A DNA stretch of 32,000 nt from Vibrio cholerae ATCC 14035 (GCF_000621645.1 NZ_JHXR01000004.1:180001-212000); one strand, 5' to 3'. Numbered from the stretch's first letter, positions 15,533-24,974 are shown. Notes: generated by a model not told the origin, from the letters alone. Program-made: numbers and translations.

Positions 15533-18500
15533 ATGCGCTCGATAAAAGCGATGTTCGTACTACTGTTTTGCATGATGGCGATATTGGCGGTTGCCATGTT
15601 TAAAGTGACTCGGCAAGTCGCAGATCTTAGGCTAGAGAGCCATCAATACAGCGAGCAGCTTTTTCACTTTTATCGTCTATCTCAAGAGTTAAAACAAAGC
15701 TCAGACCACTTGACTAAGTTTGCCCGAGCGTATGCTAGCACTGGCAATGAGCGATGGTTGCGTATGTTTAACCAAGTTTTGAATGTCCGTAATGGCAAAC
15801 TGCCAGCACCAAGCAATAATGATTACGAGTTTTGGGATGTAGTTGTACTTAACGATTCGAGTGAACTTACACCAAACGCTAATCAGCGCTATCCCACATT
15901 GATTGAACGCATTCGTCAATCCGGCATTGGGTCGGTCGAGTTTCTTGAATTACAAAATGCTTTATCGTTATCGGATCAGTTAGTTGCATTGGAGCGTGAA
16001 GCCTTCATGGCGGTGAAGGGGTGGAAGAGAGAGTTTGCGGGGGAATACCGCTACACCGGGGAACCTGATCTTAACTTTGCCCGTTCTTTGCTTTATAGCG
16101 AAAAGTATTTTCTCGAGAAAGCTAAAATTATGGCTGCAATTGGATCTGCGCACTCCAATATCGTAGGGCGTATTGAATCTCAAGTGAGATCTGCAGATAA
16201 GAAAGCGCAATATTATGAGCGAGTTAACTCAGTTTTAGTCAGTTTGCTACTGTTGGCCATCATGGCGTCTTTTGTGCTGCTTTGGATTGTCTACGTTGCT
16301 CCATTAAGCATTTTATTGAAAACGGTGGTGAGGCAAGTCCGCAATGAAGATTATGAATTTACTCTGACTCAAAAAGCGCATGGCGAATTACAACGCTTTA
16401 TCGATAGTTTGAATGTGGTGTTTCACCATATTGCCGAACAGCTCAGTTTTAATACCTTGGTGAAAGACTTCAACATCATCATTCGCAACCATCCGACCAC
16501 GGAAGCCTTGTGCAATCAGGTGACACAGTTTTTACTGCACCATTTTCCCGTTGAACTGATAGGTCTTTATCTCTATCAAAATGGCGTACTGACGCGTATT
16601 GCCGGTGTTGGTCAGTCGGAGTCTGCACAACGTGACTACAGTGATCCAACGACAACGCATTGTAGTGTGCTTCGTTCGGGCAAGCCTTATGCAATGAAGT
16701 CACTCAATGGCAACTTCCAAGTGGTTTCTACCTCAGGAGTGATTGCACTCAATGAGGTGTATTACCTACCTCTACAGGTCAATAATCAGCCGATAGCGTT
16801 ACTGGAGTTAGGAACTGTAGGCATGCTGACAATGCAGCAATACCATTGGTTATCGCAGATGCTTGACGATCTCTCTGTCGCGATTCAACTTAGCCAAAAT
16901 GCGGAGCAGCAACGTTTGGCAGAAAGAAAAGTGCTTGAACAATCACAGCTCAATCAAGAGATCCTCGATGCTACACCCAACCCGATGTACTGCTTGAGTG
17001 CAGATGGTAAATTCCTCACTGTCAATGCCAAGTTCTTGGATCTCATGGGTTTATACAATAACGAAGTGATTGATAAAGAGCCGCAAGAGATTTTCCCCGC
17101 TGAGGTTGCAGAGCGCTTTGCTGCGGCGCACCAAGTGTTGACTCAGCAACAAAGTAGCCAAAATTACGAAGTTTCTTTGGTCGATTACACGGGTGTTCAG
17201 CGTGAAATGCTGGTTTACGAGGCGTCTTTTAGCGATCGTGCGGACAAGGTCAATGGTATCGTCGGTATTTTGTTGGATATGACCGAACGCAAAGAGATGG
17301 AAGATGAACTCCGCAAAGCCAAAGAGGCGGCGGACGCGATGAGTCAGGCCAAAGGTGACTTCTTAGCGAATATGAGCCATGAAATCCGAACCCCAATGAA
17401 TGCAATTTTGGGTATGGCACATCTGGCATTGAATACCCCACTCGATACGACACAACGCAAATACGTGACTCGTATTAATGAATCCGCCAAAAACTTACTG
17501 GGCATCATCAATGACATTCTCGACTTTTCCAAAATGGAGGCGGGTAAACTCAATGTAGAACGGATCGATTTCAATCTTGATGATGTGCTGGATAATGTGA
17601 CGGCAGTCGTCTCATTGAAAGCCCAAGAGAAAGGCATTGAGTTTTTGATGGATATCGACCCGCACATCCCACTAGGGCTGATTGGCGATCCACTTAGGCT
17701 TGGTCAAGTGATGGTCAATCTGTGTGGTAATGCGGTGAAGTTTACCTCACAAGGCGAAATTGTACTGTCTGCACGAGTGAGCCAATTGAATGAACAGCAA
17801 GTCACGCTGCGGTTTGCCGTCAAAGATACAGGGATTGGCATTGCCCAAGACAAGCTGGACGATTTGTTCGATGCTTTCTCGCAGGCAGATAACAGCATTA
17901 CGCGTCAATATGGGGGCACTGGGCTTGGGTTGAGTATCAGTAAGCAATTGGTCGAGCTTATGGGGGGGCAAATTACCGTTCATAGTGAAGAAGGTAAAGG
18001 TTCCACCTTTGAGTTTTCTGTGGTGTGTGGTCTGCAAGATGCCAAAATGCGTGATATTTCCCAACCTGTGCATGGCCTAGCGGATAAGCGAGTGTTAGTG
18101 GTGGATGATAATGATTCTGCTCGCCACATTCTCGACTCTTTACTGACCGCTATGCGTTTTAACGTCGTGACGGTGAGTAATGGGTTTGAGGCGCTGTCGG
18201 AAATTCAACAGAAACCCTTTGATATGTTGTTTGTTGACTGGAACATGCCTGGTATGAATGGCATTGAGCTACTGACGCGAGTGAAAACCCTCGGCCTTCG
18301 TGGGCACATGAAGAGCTTTTTAGTCACGGCTTATGGACGTGAAATTAACCTTGAAGGCGAAAACAGCAAGTTGGTTGACGCTTTAATTGTCAAACCGGTT
18401 AATCCCTCGAATCTGCTGGATGCGATTGTGACCAGTTATGGAATTGAGCATGTACGCCATAAAACGAACGAAGCGCATCACAACAGCAGGCCGAATTTTG

Positions 18501-19528
18501 TCGGCCAGAGTCTGTTGCTCGTCGAAGATAATGAGGTGAACCAAGAAGTTGCGCTTGGCCTACTCCAAGACACTGGCCTTAATGTCGTGGTCGCCAATCA
18601 TGGTCAAGAAGCGCTTGAGAGGTTAGAGCATGCCGATTTTGATCTGGTGTTAATGGATATGCAGATGCCGGTCATGGATGGGATCACCGCGACTGAGCAT
18701 ATTCGAGCCAATCCGCGGTGGCAGAGCTTACCCATCGTTGCTATGACCGCTAATGCGATGGCGATAGATATTGAACGCTGCTTGCAAGCAGGCATGAATG
18801 ATCATCTTTCCAAACCGATTGAAGTGGATAAGTTTTATCAGGTACTCAGGCATTTTCTTCAGGTGAGTGATGAGCAGAGCTTTTCATCGCATTCCCCAAA
18901 TAAACCCAGCGCATCAAAACCTGCGATGAACACTTTGTTGGATCTGCCTCAGCTGACGGGCGTTGATTTGGAACAAGCCATCTTCCGGATTGGGGGTAAT
19001 CAACAACGCTATTTTGAAATTCTGCGTCACTTTATCGATAGCCAAGTTGATGAGCTGAACAGTGTAACAGGGCTAATCGAAGCGCAAGACTGGAGCTCTG
19101 CGACCCGAGTGGCTCATACTCTGAAAGGTTCTGCCGCGAATTTAGGATTGGAAGCTTTAGCTCAGTTGGCGGCAGAGATGGAGCAGAGTCTAGAGCAGCA
19201 AGTCCCACCTTCGTTTGAGCAGCTTCAACAAGCTCAAAGCTTGCTAACCCAAGTCGATGATGAACTCTCTGCGTGGGAACATCAGCATAAAGAGCCGCTA
19301 TTGGCGGAGAACCTAGATTGGGGTTTGTGGTATCAGCCGTTGCAACAGGCGATCAATGATTATGATGTCACCGCATTAAGCCTGAGTAAGTCCATTCGCC
19401 AAGTTTCCCAGTGGGATTCGGCGCAGCAAGCCGCCTTAATTTCTGCAATTGAAGATTTTGATTTTGAGCAGGCAAAGGCGCTATTAGCCACTTATCCGCA
19501 GTTAAGCGGTGAGCGTTTAAACCAGTAG
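15533..19528 (+). CDS. Hybrid sensor histidine kinase (TM, ~210-aa extracytoplasmic domain, TM, HAMP, GAF-like, PAS, HisKA, HATPase, REC, REC, HPt)
   Basis: AAGGAG 5 nt upstream of the ATG. H-box SHEIRTPMN (His616, nt 17378). HATPase G-boxes DTGIGI and GGTGLGLSIS. REC aspartates are in FVDWNMPGMNG (D902) and LMDMQMPVMDG (D1042). HPt motif HTLKGSAANLG (H1195). Hydrophobic segments span aa 7-23 and about 231-257. Confidence 0.9.
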   Translation: MRSIKAMFVLLFCMMAILAVAMFKVTRQVADLRLESHQYSEQLFHFYRLSQELKQSSDHLTKFARAYASTGNERWLRMFNQVLNVRNGKLPAPSNNDYEFWDVVVLNDSSELTPNANQRYPTLIERIRQSGIGSVEFLELQNALSLSDQLVALEREAFMAVKGWKREFAGEYRYTGEPDLNFARSLLYSEKYFLEKAKIMAAIGSAHSNIVGRIESQVRSADKKAQYYERVNSVLVSLLLLAIMASFVLLWIVYVAPLSILLKTVVRQVRNEDYEFTLTQKAHGELQRFIDSLNVVFHHIAEQLSFNTLVKDFNIIIRNHPTTEALCNQVTQFLLHHFPVELIGLYLYQNGVLTRIAGVGQSESAQRDYSDPTTTHCSVLRSGKPYAMKSLNGNFQVVSTSGVIALNEVYYLPLQVNNQPIALLELGTVGMLTMQQYHWLSQMLDDLSVAIQLSQNAEQQRLAERKVLEQSQLNQEILDATPNPMYCLSADGKFLTVNAKFLDLMGLYNNEVIDKEPQEIFPAEVAERFAAAHQVLTQQQSSQNYEVSLVDYTGVQREMLVYEASFSDRADKVNGIVGILLDMTERKEMEDELRKAKEAADAMSQAKGDFLANMSHEIRTPMNAILGMAHLALNTPLDTTQRKYVTRINESAKNLLGIINDILDFSKMEAGKLNVERIDFNLDDVLDNVTAVVSLKAQEKGIEFLMDIDPHIPLGLIGDPLRLGQVMVNLCGNAVKFTSQGEIVLSARVSQLNEQQVTLRFAVKDTGIGIAQDKLDDLFDAFSQADNSITRQYGGTGLGLSISKQLVELMGGQITVHSEEGKGSTFEFSVVCGLQDAKMRDISQPVHGLADKRVLVVDDNDSARHILDSLLTAMRFNVVTVSNGFEALSEIQQKPFDMLFVDWNMPGMNGIELLTRVKTLGLRGHMKSFLVTAYGREINLEGENSKLVDALIVKPVNPSNLLDAIVTSYGIEHVRHKTNEAHHNSRPNFVGQSLLLVEDNEVNQEVALGLLQDTGLNVVVANHGQEALERLEHADFDLVLMDMQMPVMDGITATEHIRANPRWQSLPIVAMTANAMAIDIERCLQAGMNDHLSKPIEVDKFYQVLRHFLQVSDEQSFSSHSPNKPSASKPAMNTLLDLPQLTGVDLEQAIFRIGGNQQRYFEILRHFIDSQVDELNSVTGLIEAQDWSSATRVAHTLKGSAANLGLEALAQLAAEMEQSLEQQVPPSFEQLQQAQSLLTQVDDELSAWEHQHKEPLLAENLDWGLWYQPLQQAINDYDVTALSLSKSIRQVSQWDSAQQAALISAIEDFDFEQAKALLATYPQLSGERLNQ

Positions 19529-19583
19529 CTTTAAAGTAATAGTGTTCAAGGTTTGCAACGAGAGTTGTTCAAGAAAGGCGATC

Positions 19584-19622
19584 AACCCGACACGCGGTCA
19601 AAAGACCCAGTGTCGGGTTTTT
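19584..19622 (+). terminator. Rho-independent terminator after the kinase gene
   Basis: 10-bp stem AACCCGACAC / GTGTCGGGTT with an inner GGTC/GACC extension, followed by a T-run. Confidence 0.8.
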
Positions 19623-19633
19623 GAGGACTAGAA

Positions 19634-20107
19634 TTACAAACTGGCTAGTACAGTTTCTGCTTTGCTCAGTTCAAAGGTTTTTGGTGGCTCAACATTGAGC
19701 AGAGTGACTACGTTATTTTCAATCACCATGGCGTAGCGTTGCGAGCGCACGCCACCAAAGTTACCTGTGTCCATTTCGAGACCTAAGGCTTTAGTAAAGC
19801 TCGCGTCGCCATCAGCCAGCATGGTAATTTCGCTCGCATTTTGCGCTTCGCCCCATGCTTTCATCACAAAAGCATCGTTAACTGAAACGCAAGCGATCAT
19901 ATCGACGCCTTTCTCTTTATATTTGTCTGCCAAGACGACATAGCCAGGTAGATGTGCTTCTGAGCAAGTCGGGGTGAAGGCACCCGGAACGGCAAACAGT
20001 ACGACTTTTTTGTTAGCAAACAAAGTGGTTACAGAGTGAGTCAGTGTACCCTCACTGGTTCTTTGGCTCAGTTGAACATCTGGTAAGGTTTGTCCGATTT
20101 GAATCAT
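19634..20107 (-). CDS. Peroxiredoxin, Prx5 (PrxV/type II) subfamily
   Basis: 157 aa with the peroxidatic Cys motif VPGAFTPTCS. AAGGAAA lies 5 nt upstream of the ATG. Confidence 0.9.
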   Translation of the reverse strand: MIQIGQTLPDVQLSQRTSEGTLTHSVTTLFANKKVVLFAVPGAFTPTCSEAHLPGYVVLADKYKEKGVDMIACVSVNDAFVMKAWGEAQNASEITMLADGDASFTKALGLEMDTGNFGGVRSQRYAMVIENNVVTLLNVEPPKTFELSKAETVLASL

Positions 20108-20320
20108 TATGTTTTCCTTATGAAGGTGGTATATCTCTACACGATTTCGAGCCCTAGCTCGGAATGAGTCTAGCCGTAGTGTAGCCCCTTATCGAGCAAA
20201 CAAATACAGAGTGTTATTGGGGATATATTTTAGAGGATCGACATACTGTTTCAGTATAGGATGCGCATGTTCACTCTTTCGGTTGAAATCTTGGCAAAAT
20301 TCGACAATAAAGTTTATTTT

Positions 20321-20515
20321 TTATAATGAATTGTGTGCGACAAAAATGAGAAAAACACGGTGAATAGTGTGATCAGAAATTAGATAATCCACCACTTCGA
20401 TTGACGACGAAAGAATAAGTAACGAAACCTTGGCGGATAATAAAAAGGATGGGTACAGCCAAGTACCTGAATGGATATCGTTGTCGTCATGCAATGTCAC
20501 TAAAACCTGAATCAC
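20321..20515 (-). CDS. Hypothetical 64-aa ORF in an AT-rich gap; doubtful
   Basis: It is the only ORF of 60 aa or more in the 650-bp gap. It has no recognisable SD, no family resemblance and low-complexity hydrophobic composition. Confidence 0.2.
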   Translation of the reverse strand: MIQVLVTLHDDNDIHSGTWLYPSFLLSAKVSLLILSSSIEVVDYLISDHTIHRVFLIFVAHNSL

Positions 20516-20629
20516 TTTTTATGATAAGTGAGTAAAGGAAAGCTAGGCTTCAAAATAAAAAACCGCTTTTCATCATTGGTGATGGTGCACTTGGCTCACG
20601 CCCAGATGATCAGCGAATAATAAGATTAT

Positions 20630-20737
20630 CCAGCTTAATGCTGGAAGTCATTATACCTAAACAACTTGGGGTTGCCGTCAATACCGCTGCCGCTTCAAGT
20701 TCAAGGTGTATAAGACCCTAAAGGGGCGGTCTTCCAG
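20630..20737 (+). promoter_or_regulatory. Candidate structured leader upstream of the diguanylate cyclase gene (three nested helices plus a competing hairpin)
   Basis: CTGGAAG 20641-47 / CTTCCAG 20731-37. TATACC 20652-57 / GGTGTATA 20705-12 (one bulge). AACTTG 20663-68 / CAAGTT 20696-20701. The competing hairpin is CCAGC 20630-34 / GCTGG 20640-44. Confidence 0.3.
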
Positions 20738-20757
20738 TATAAAGGACCATTAGAATA

Positions 20758-23688
20758 ATGACAGGAATTAGGCTTTTAGCTTGCTGCGGAGTGCAGATCT
20801 GTTCAGTGTTTTTGCTGATCATCAGTTCATCTGCTTATGCCGTAGTCGAACATATTTCGGACTATTTCGTGGAGACGTGGACTTCCACTGATGGTTTACC
20901 GCACAACAGTATTAATAGTATTGCCCAGACACGCGATGGTTATTTGTGGTTTGCCACTTGGGAAGGCGTGGTGCGATATAACGGCATCAATTTTCAAGTG
21001 TTTGATCGCAATCCACAAACTGGAATGGTTGACTCCGGAACTCGCACCTTATTACCCATGGATAACAATGGGTTGTTGGTGGCTGGTGCTCGAGGGAGTA
21101 TCACGCACAGACAGAGTTATGGCTGGCAATCTTTTCGTTCTGCGCCCAGTTTAGTCAATGGTGCATTGATTGATGATGCACAAAACTTGTGGCTCGCGAT
21201 TGAAGGTCTCGGCGTCGTAGTCCGACCTTATTTGGGTAATAACCTCTATGGGCCTGATCGATGGTTACTGACTGATGCCAGTGTGTATCGTTTAGTAAAA
21301 AATCAGCATGGAGTGATTTTTGCGGCCACCGATAAAGGGTTGTATCGCTTTAATGATTGGCAAGCGTCAGCCATGGAACTGCCGATTGGGCGCTATGAGC
21401 GAATTAACTATATTTCCATCAGTTTGAATCAAGAACTTGTCGTGGCAACAGATCAAGGTGTTTGGATCAATACTGAAGAAGGCTTCCAATCGTTGTTTGT
21501 ACCGCTTGAGAAAGAGGTGGTGACGCTGGCGGAGCAAGATCGTGCCGGGAACTGGTGGATTGGCACGGTTAATCGCGGCATTGCACGTTTGAAAAATCAG
21601 CAACTGCAATTTTTGGAGCCTAGTCGAGGTTTGCCTTATAGCCGAGTGCTTTCTTGGTATCAGGATATCGAAGGCAGTGTATGGGTGGGGACCAATGCTG
21701 GCATTATGCGACTGCGTGATGCGCCTTTCATTAATATCAACAGTGATAAAGGATTAGTGGGCGATTATGTCCGAACCTTGTTGCCGCTAGATGACCGACG
21801 AGTTATGGTCGGTACCAGTCGTGGATTAAGCATTATTGAAGAGGGCTTGGCACATAGCGCGTTAATGCCTCAAGTCGGTGCTCGTCCTTCGATACTCAGT
21901 CTGGCCAAAGCAGACCAGCAAGGTGAAAAAGTCTGGGTTGGGACGGTACAAAAAGGATTGCTCCTTTGGCAAAACGGCCAGTTGCGTCCTGTGCTAGATG
22001 AAAATAACGGTTTGCCAAGCAGCGAAGTCAGAGCCATCGTCACCGATCCACAAGATAATCTTTGGATTGGTACTTCAAATGGTATTGTCAAAAGAACGCC
22101 GCAAGGTGTGCTGACGACATACAACAAAGACAACTCCCCCCTGCCTGATGATTACATCATGGCACTCGCTGTGGATTCGGAAGGGAAGCTGTGGGTTGGT
22201 AGTGCCGTTGGTGTGGCTTATTTTGATGCTCAAGGCAAGATTCGTCCGGTTGATCTTACTAAGCAAGAGCAAGCACAGTATGTGTTTGGCTTCTACATGG
22301 AATCCGATTATGTCTGGATGGCCACAGACAGAGGCATCGTGCGTTATCGCTTGAGTGATGCAAGCGTTTCCCTTGTGGGTCGTGCCGCAGGCTTACCAAT
22401 CGATAAATTCTTCCAAATGCTACGTGATAGTGAAGGGCATGTGTGGCTATCCAGCAACCGTGGGGTATGGAAGCTCAACTATGATCAGATGTTAGCGGTC
22501 GCTGATGGCATGAGCACACAGCTTGAATTCGAACATTTTGATGAAGGTGATGGCATGGCAACCAGTCAGGCGAATGGAGGGACCAACCCTGCGTCTGCAA
22601 GTTTGCCAAATGGTGAGCTGCTTTTTGCCACTGCGAAAGGGGTGGCGAGCATCAAGGTACAGCGTCTCCAGCAACTGAGTGAACTGCGTTTACCGGTCGT
22701 TCTAGAATCGGTCAGTTTTGACAGCGAGATTATCAATCCTGATCAGCAGTACATTGCTGCGGCTGGAACCAATCGGGTGAGCTTCGGATACGTGGGGCTA
22801 GGTTTTGTGATGTCAGAGCGTTTGCAATATCGCACGAAACTTGAAGGGTTCGATCGAGATTGGTCATATCGGGGTCATAATACCCAAGCGGAATACACCA
22901 ATTTAGCGCCGGGTAAATATCGATTCTTTGTCAGCGCCCGTTATCCGTATGGTGAGTGGAATGATGCCACGTTTAGTTACGTATTTATCATTGAACCTCA
23001 TTGGTGGCAGCGTAAAGAGGTGATTGTCATGGCTGGCATGCTGTTTTTGGCGCTGGCGGTGTCACTGGTGATGTGGCGAATTCGTATTTTGAAACGGCGT
23101 GAGTTGTATCTCGTTGAGCAGGTTGCGCTGCAAACCCAAAAATTGCGCCTACAAGCGGAAAAGTTTGAGAGACTCTCGAAAGAAGATGATTTAACTGGGC
23201 TTGCCAATCGCCGCGCATTTGATATGTACCTCAAACAAGCCTTTTCTCGTCTGCAAAATCCAGATCAGCAAGTCAGTATTGCGCTGCTGGATATTGATCA
23301 CTTCAAGCAGATTAATGATCGTTATTCGCACATTATCGGCGACCAAGCCATTGTAGCGGTATCACAAGAGTTACTTGGGTATGTTGGCGACAAAACCCGA
23401 GTGGCGAGATGGGGCGGTGAAGAGTTCACCATCTTATATGTAGGAGATCCTAAGCAAGCTTGGGGTTATTTTGAAAAGCTGCGTTGTAAGATTGAACAGG
23501 TTGATTTGTCTGCAGTAGCACCGGGATTAAACGTGACAGTGAGTATTGGCTTTGCCGATGCGCAGCAGGCGGAGAGTTATGAAACCGTTTTGAAGCTGGC
23601 GGATCATGCATTATTGACGGCGAAGAAACTCGGGCGTAACCGCGTGGTGAAAAGTGAAGAGTGGCAAGTAAAAAGCGGCCTCCATTGA
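20758..23688 (+). CDS. Sensor diguanylate cyclase: signal peptide, periplasmic two-component-regulator beta-propeller repeats, Y_Y_Y-type domain, TM, coiled coil, GGDEF domain (GGEEF)
   Basis: Repeated W(I/V)GT..G(L/I/V) propeller motifs across aa ~40-640. A Y_Y_Y-like segment (YRTKLEGFDRDWSY...YRFFVSARY). A TM helix around aa 755-775. GGEEF at nt 23413-23427. Confidence 0.9.
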   Translation: MTGIRLLACCGVQICSVFLLIISSSAYAVVEHISDYFVETWTSTDGLPHNSINSIAQTRDGYLWFATWEGVVRYNGINFQVFDRNPQTGMVDSGTRTLLPMDNNGLLVAGARGSITHRQSYGWQSFRSAPSLVNGALIDDAQNLWLAIEGLGVVVRPYLGNNLYGPDRWLLTDASVYRLVKNQHGVIFAATDKGLYRFNDWQASAMELPIGRYERINYISISLNQELVVATDQGVWINTEEGFQSLFVPLEKEVVTLAEQDRAGNWWIGTVNRGIARLKNQQLQFLEPSRGLPYSRVLSWYQDIEGSVWVGTNAGIMRLRDAPFININSDKGLVGDYVRTLLPLDDRRVMVGTSRGLSIIEEGLAHSALMPQVGARPSILSLAKADQQGEKVWVGTVQKGLLLWQNGQLRPVLDENNGLPSSEVRAIVTDPQDNLWIGTSNGIVKRTPQGVLTTYNKDNSPLPDDYIMALAVDSEGKLWVGSAVGVAYFDAQGKIRPVDLTKQEQAQYVFGFYMESDYVWMATDRGIVRYRLSDASVSLVGRAAGLPIDKFFQMLRDSEGHVWLSSNRGVWKLNYDQMLAVADGMSTQLEFEHFDEGDGMATSQANGGTNPASASLPNGELLFATAKGVASIKVQRLQQLSELRLPVVLESVSFDSEIINPDQQYIAAAGTNRVSFGYVGLGFVMSERLQYRTKLEGFDRDWSYRGHNTQAEYTNLAPGKYRFFVSARYPYGEWNDATFSYVFIIEPHWWQRKEVIVMAGMLFLALAVSLVMWRIRILKRRELYLVEQVALQTQKLRLQAEKFERLSKEDDLTGLANRRAFDMYLKQAFSRLQNPDQQVSIALLDIDHFKQINDRYSHIIGDQAIVAVSQELLGYVGDKTRVARWGGEEFTILYVGDPKQAWGYFEKLRCKIEQVDLSAVAPGLNVTVSIGFADAQQAESYETVLKLADHALLTAKKLGRNRVVKSEEWQVKSGLH

Positions 23689-23697
23689 GACCGCTTT
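23672..23697. terminator. Hairpin between the convergent cyclase and rlmI genes, a probable bidirectional terminator
   Basis: Stem AAAGCGG / CCGCTTT with an inner CTC/GAG. It overlaps the cyclase stop codon. A T-run is present on the minus-strand side and a weaker one on the plus side. Confidence 0.5.
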
Positions 23698-23729
23698 CTA
23701 TGCTTGCTAACGTTCGCTCACGCCATCGC

Positions 23730-24923
23730 TTATAAAACCTTACAAGCAAAGCCTTTGAGATAAAAACCTTCAGGATAAGCGGTATCGGTTGGGTGATCGG
23801 CCGCTTGTTCAAAACGCTCAACAAACTTTACATCACGTCCAGCATCGAGAGCCGCATCGGCAATAATTTTCTGAAATAGCACTTGATCCATTAACCCTGA
23901 ACACGAGTAGGTGAGCAGGGTGCCACCTGGGTTTAAGATCTGCATGGCCAGCATGTTGATGTCTTTATAGCCGCGGCATGCACCATCCAGCTGGGCTTTA
24001 GATTCGGCAAACTTGGGGGGATCCATCACCACCACATCAAAACGTGTGCCTTGGTCGCGGTATTCGCGCAGCAGTTTAAATACATCGGCATTCAAGAACA
24101 CCGCACGCTTTTTACTGATATCGAAACCGTTCAATTCAGCATTGAACTTAGCCGTATCCAAGGCTGGTTGAGAGACATCTGCGTTGATCACACGCTTAGC
24201 TCCGCCTTTGAGTGCGTATAAACCAAAACCACCCGTGTAAGAGAAGCAGTTCAGCACTTCTTTCTCTTTAACGTATTTCATGGATTGGAAGCGGCTGTCG
24301 CGTTGATCTAGATAGAAACCCGTTTTGTGTCCACCCACAATATCGACGCTGATCTTAACGCCATTTTCTTCAATCACGACCGATTTAGGTGGTAATTCAC
24401 CGTGCAGTACCCCAACGCGCTCGTCCAGCCCTTCTTTTTTACGCACCGCAACATCGGAACGCTCATAAATATGGCACTCAGGGAAGCAATGTAATAATGC
24501 CTCGACCAGAGTCTGTTTTTGATACTCGGCACCGGCACTCAGTAGTTGGCAGACCAAATAATCTTGATATTTGTCGATAGTAATGCCAGGTAAGCCGTCT
24601 GATTCTGCGGCAATTAAACGGTAACCGGTTAAGCCATCACGTTCGATAATATCGTTGCGCAATAATTGTGCTTGTTCGATGCGTTTAATGAAGAAATCGC
24701 GATCAATCGGCTCTTGTTCAAAGCTCCAGACACGCGCAGTAATTTGTGAATGCGGTGAGTAGGCCGCTTTGGCTAACCATTTGCCTTCAAAGGAGTAAAC
24801 ATCGACAGTTTCTCCCAGTTTAGGAGTCCCTTCGACTTTGCTGATCCCACGAGAAAAAACCCACGGATGTTTACGACGCAAAGATTTGTCTCGACCTTTG
24901 ACCAAATAAATTGCAGGAGTCAT
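23730..24923 (-). CDS. rlmI: 23S rRNA (cytosine1962-C5)-methyltransferase RlmI
   Basis: N-terminus [26 protein letters not shown] parallels E. coli RlmI (…KGREKSLLRRHPWVFSG). The length is 397 aa from the ATG at 24923. The track extension to 24986 translates a U-rich hairpin tail. Confidence 0.9.
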   Translation of the reverse strand: MTPAIYLVKGRDKSLRRKHPWVFSRGISKVEGTPKLGETVDVYSFEGKWLAKAAYSPHSQITARVWSFEQEPIDRDFFIKRIEQAQLLRNDIIERDGLTGYRLIAAESDGLPGITIDKYQDYLVCQLLSAGAEYQKQTLVEALLHCFPECHIYERSDVAVRKKEGLDERVGVLHGELPPKSVVIEENGVKISVDIVGGHKTGFYLDQRDSRFQSMKYVKEKEVLNCFSYTGGFGLYALKGGAKRVINADVSQPALDTAKFNAELNGFDISKKRAVFLNADVFKLLREYRDQGTRFDVVVMDPPKFAESKAQLDGACRGYKDINMLAMQILNPGGTLLTYSCSGLMDQVLFQKIIADAALDAGRDVKFVERFEQAADHPTDTAYPEGFYLKGFACKVL

Positions 24924-24974
24924 TACGCTACTCAGATGGAAATAGAAATGGGCGGCTATTGTCGTGGAACTGAT

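Noticed and set aside
15412-15597. N-terminal extension of the HD-GYP regulator ORF to the ATG at 15597
   Set aside because: It would overlap the divergent kinase gene start (15533) and its SD, and would add 60 non-REC residues. The receiver domain begins right after the internal ATGs at 15420, 15411 and 15405.
20521-20620. Two tiny ORFs that both end in the peptide M-I-S-E-stop (ATGATAAGTGAGTAA at 20521-35 and ATGATCAGCGAATAA at 20606-20), considered as leader peptides
   Set aside because: The shared ORF is only 4 codons and neither copy has an SD. A 12/15 nucleotide match in AT-rich DNA is easily coincidental.
20630-20757. Known c-di-GMP (GEMM-type) riboswitch upstream of the cyclase gene
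   Set aside because: I cannot recognise the conserved GEMM P1/P2 tetraloop-receptor features by eye. I kept the region only as an unclassified candidate structure pending an Infernal/Rfam scan.
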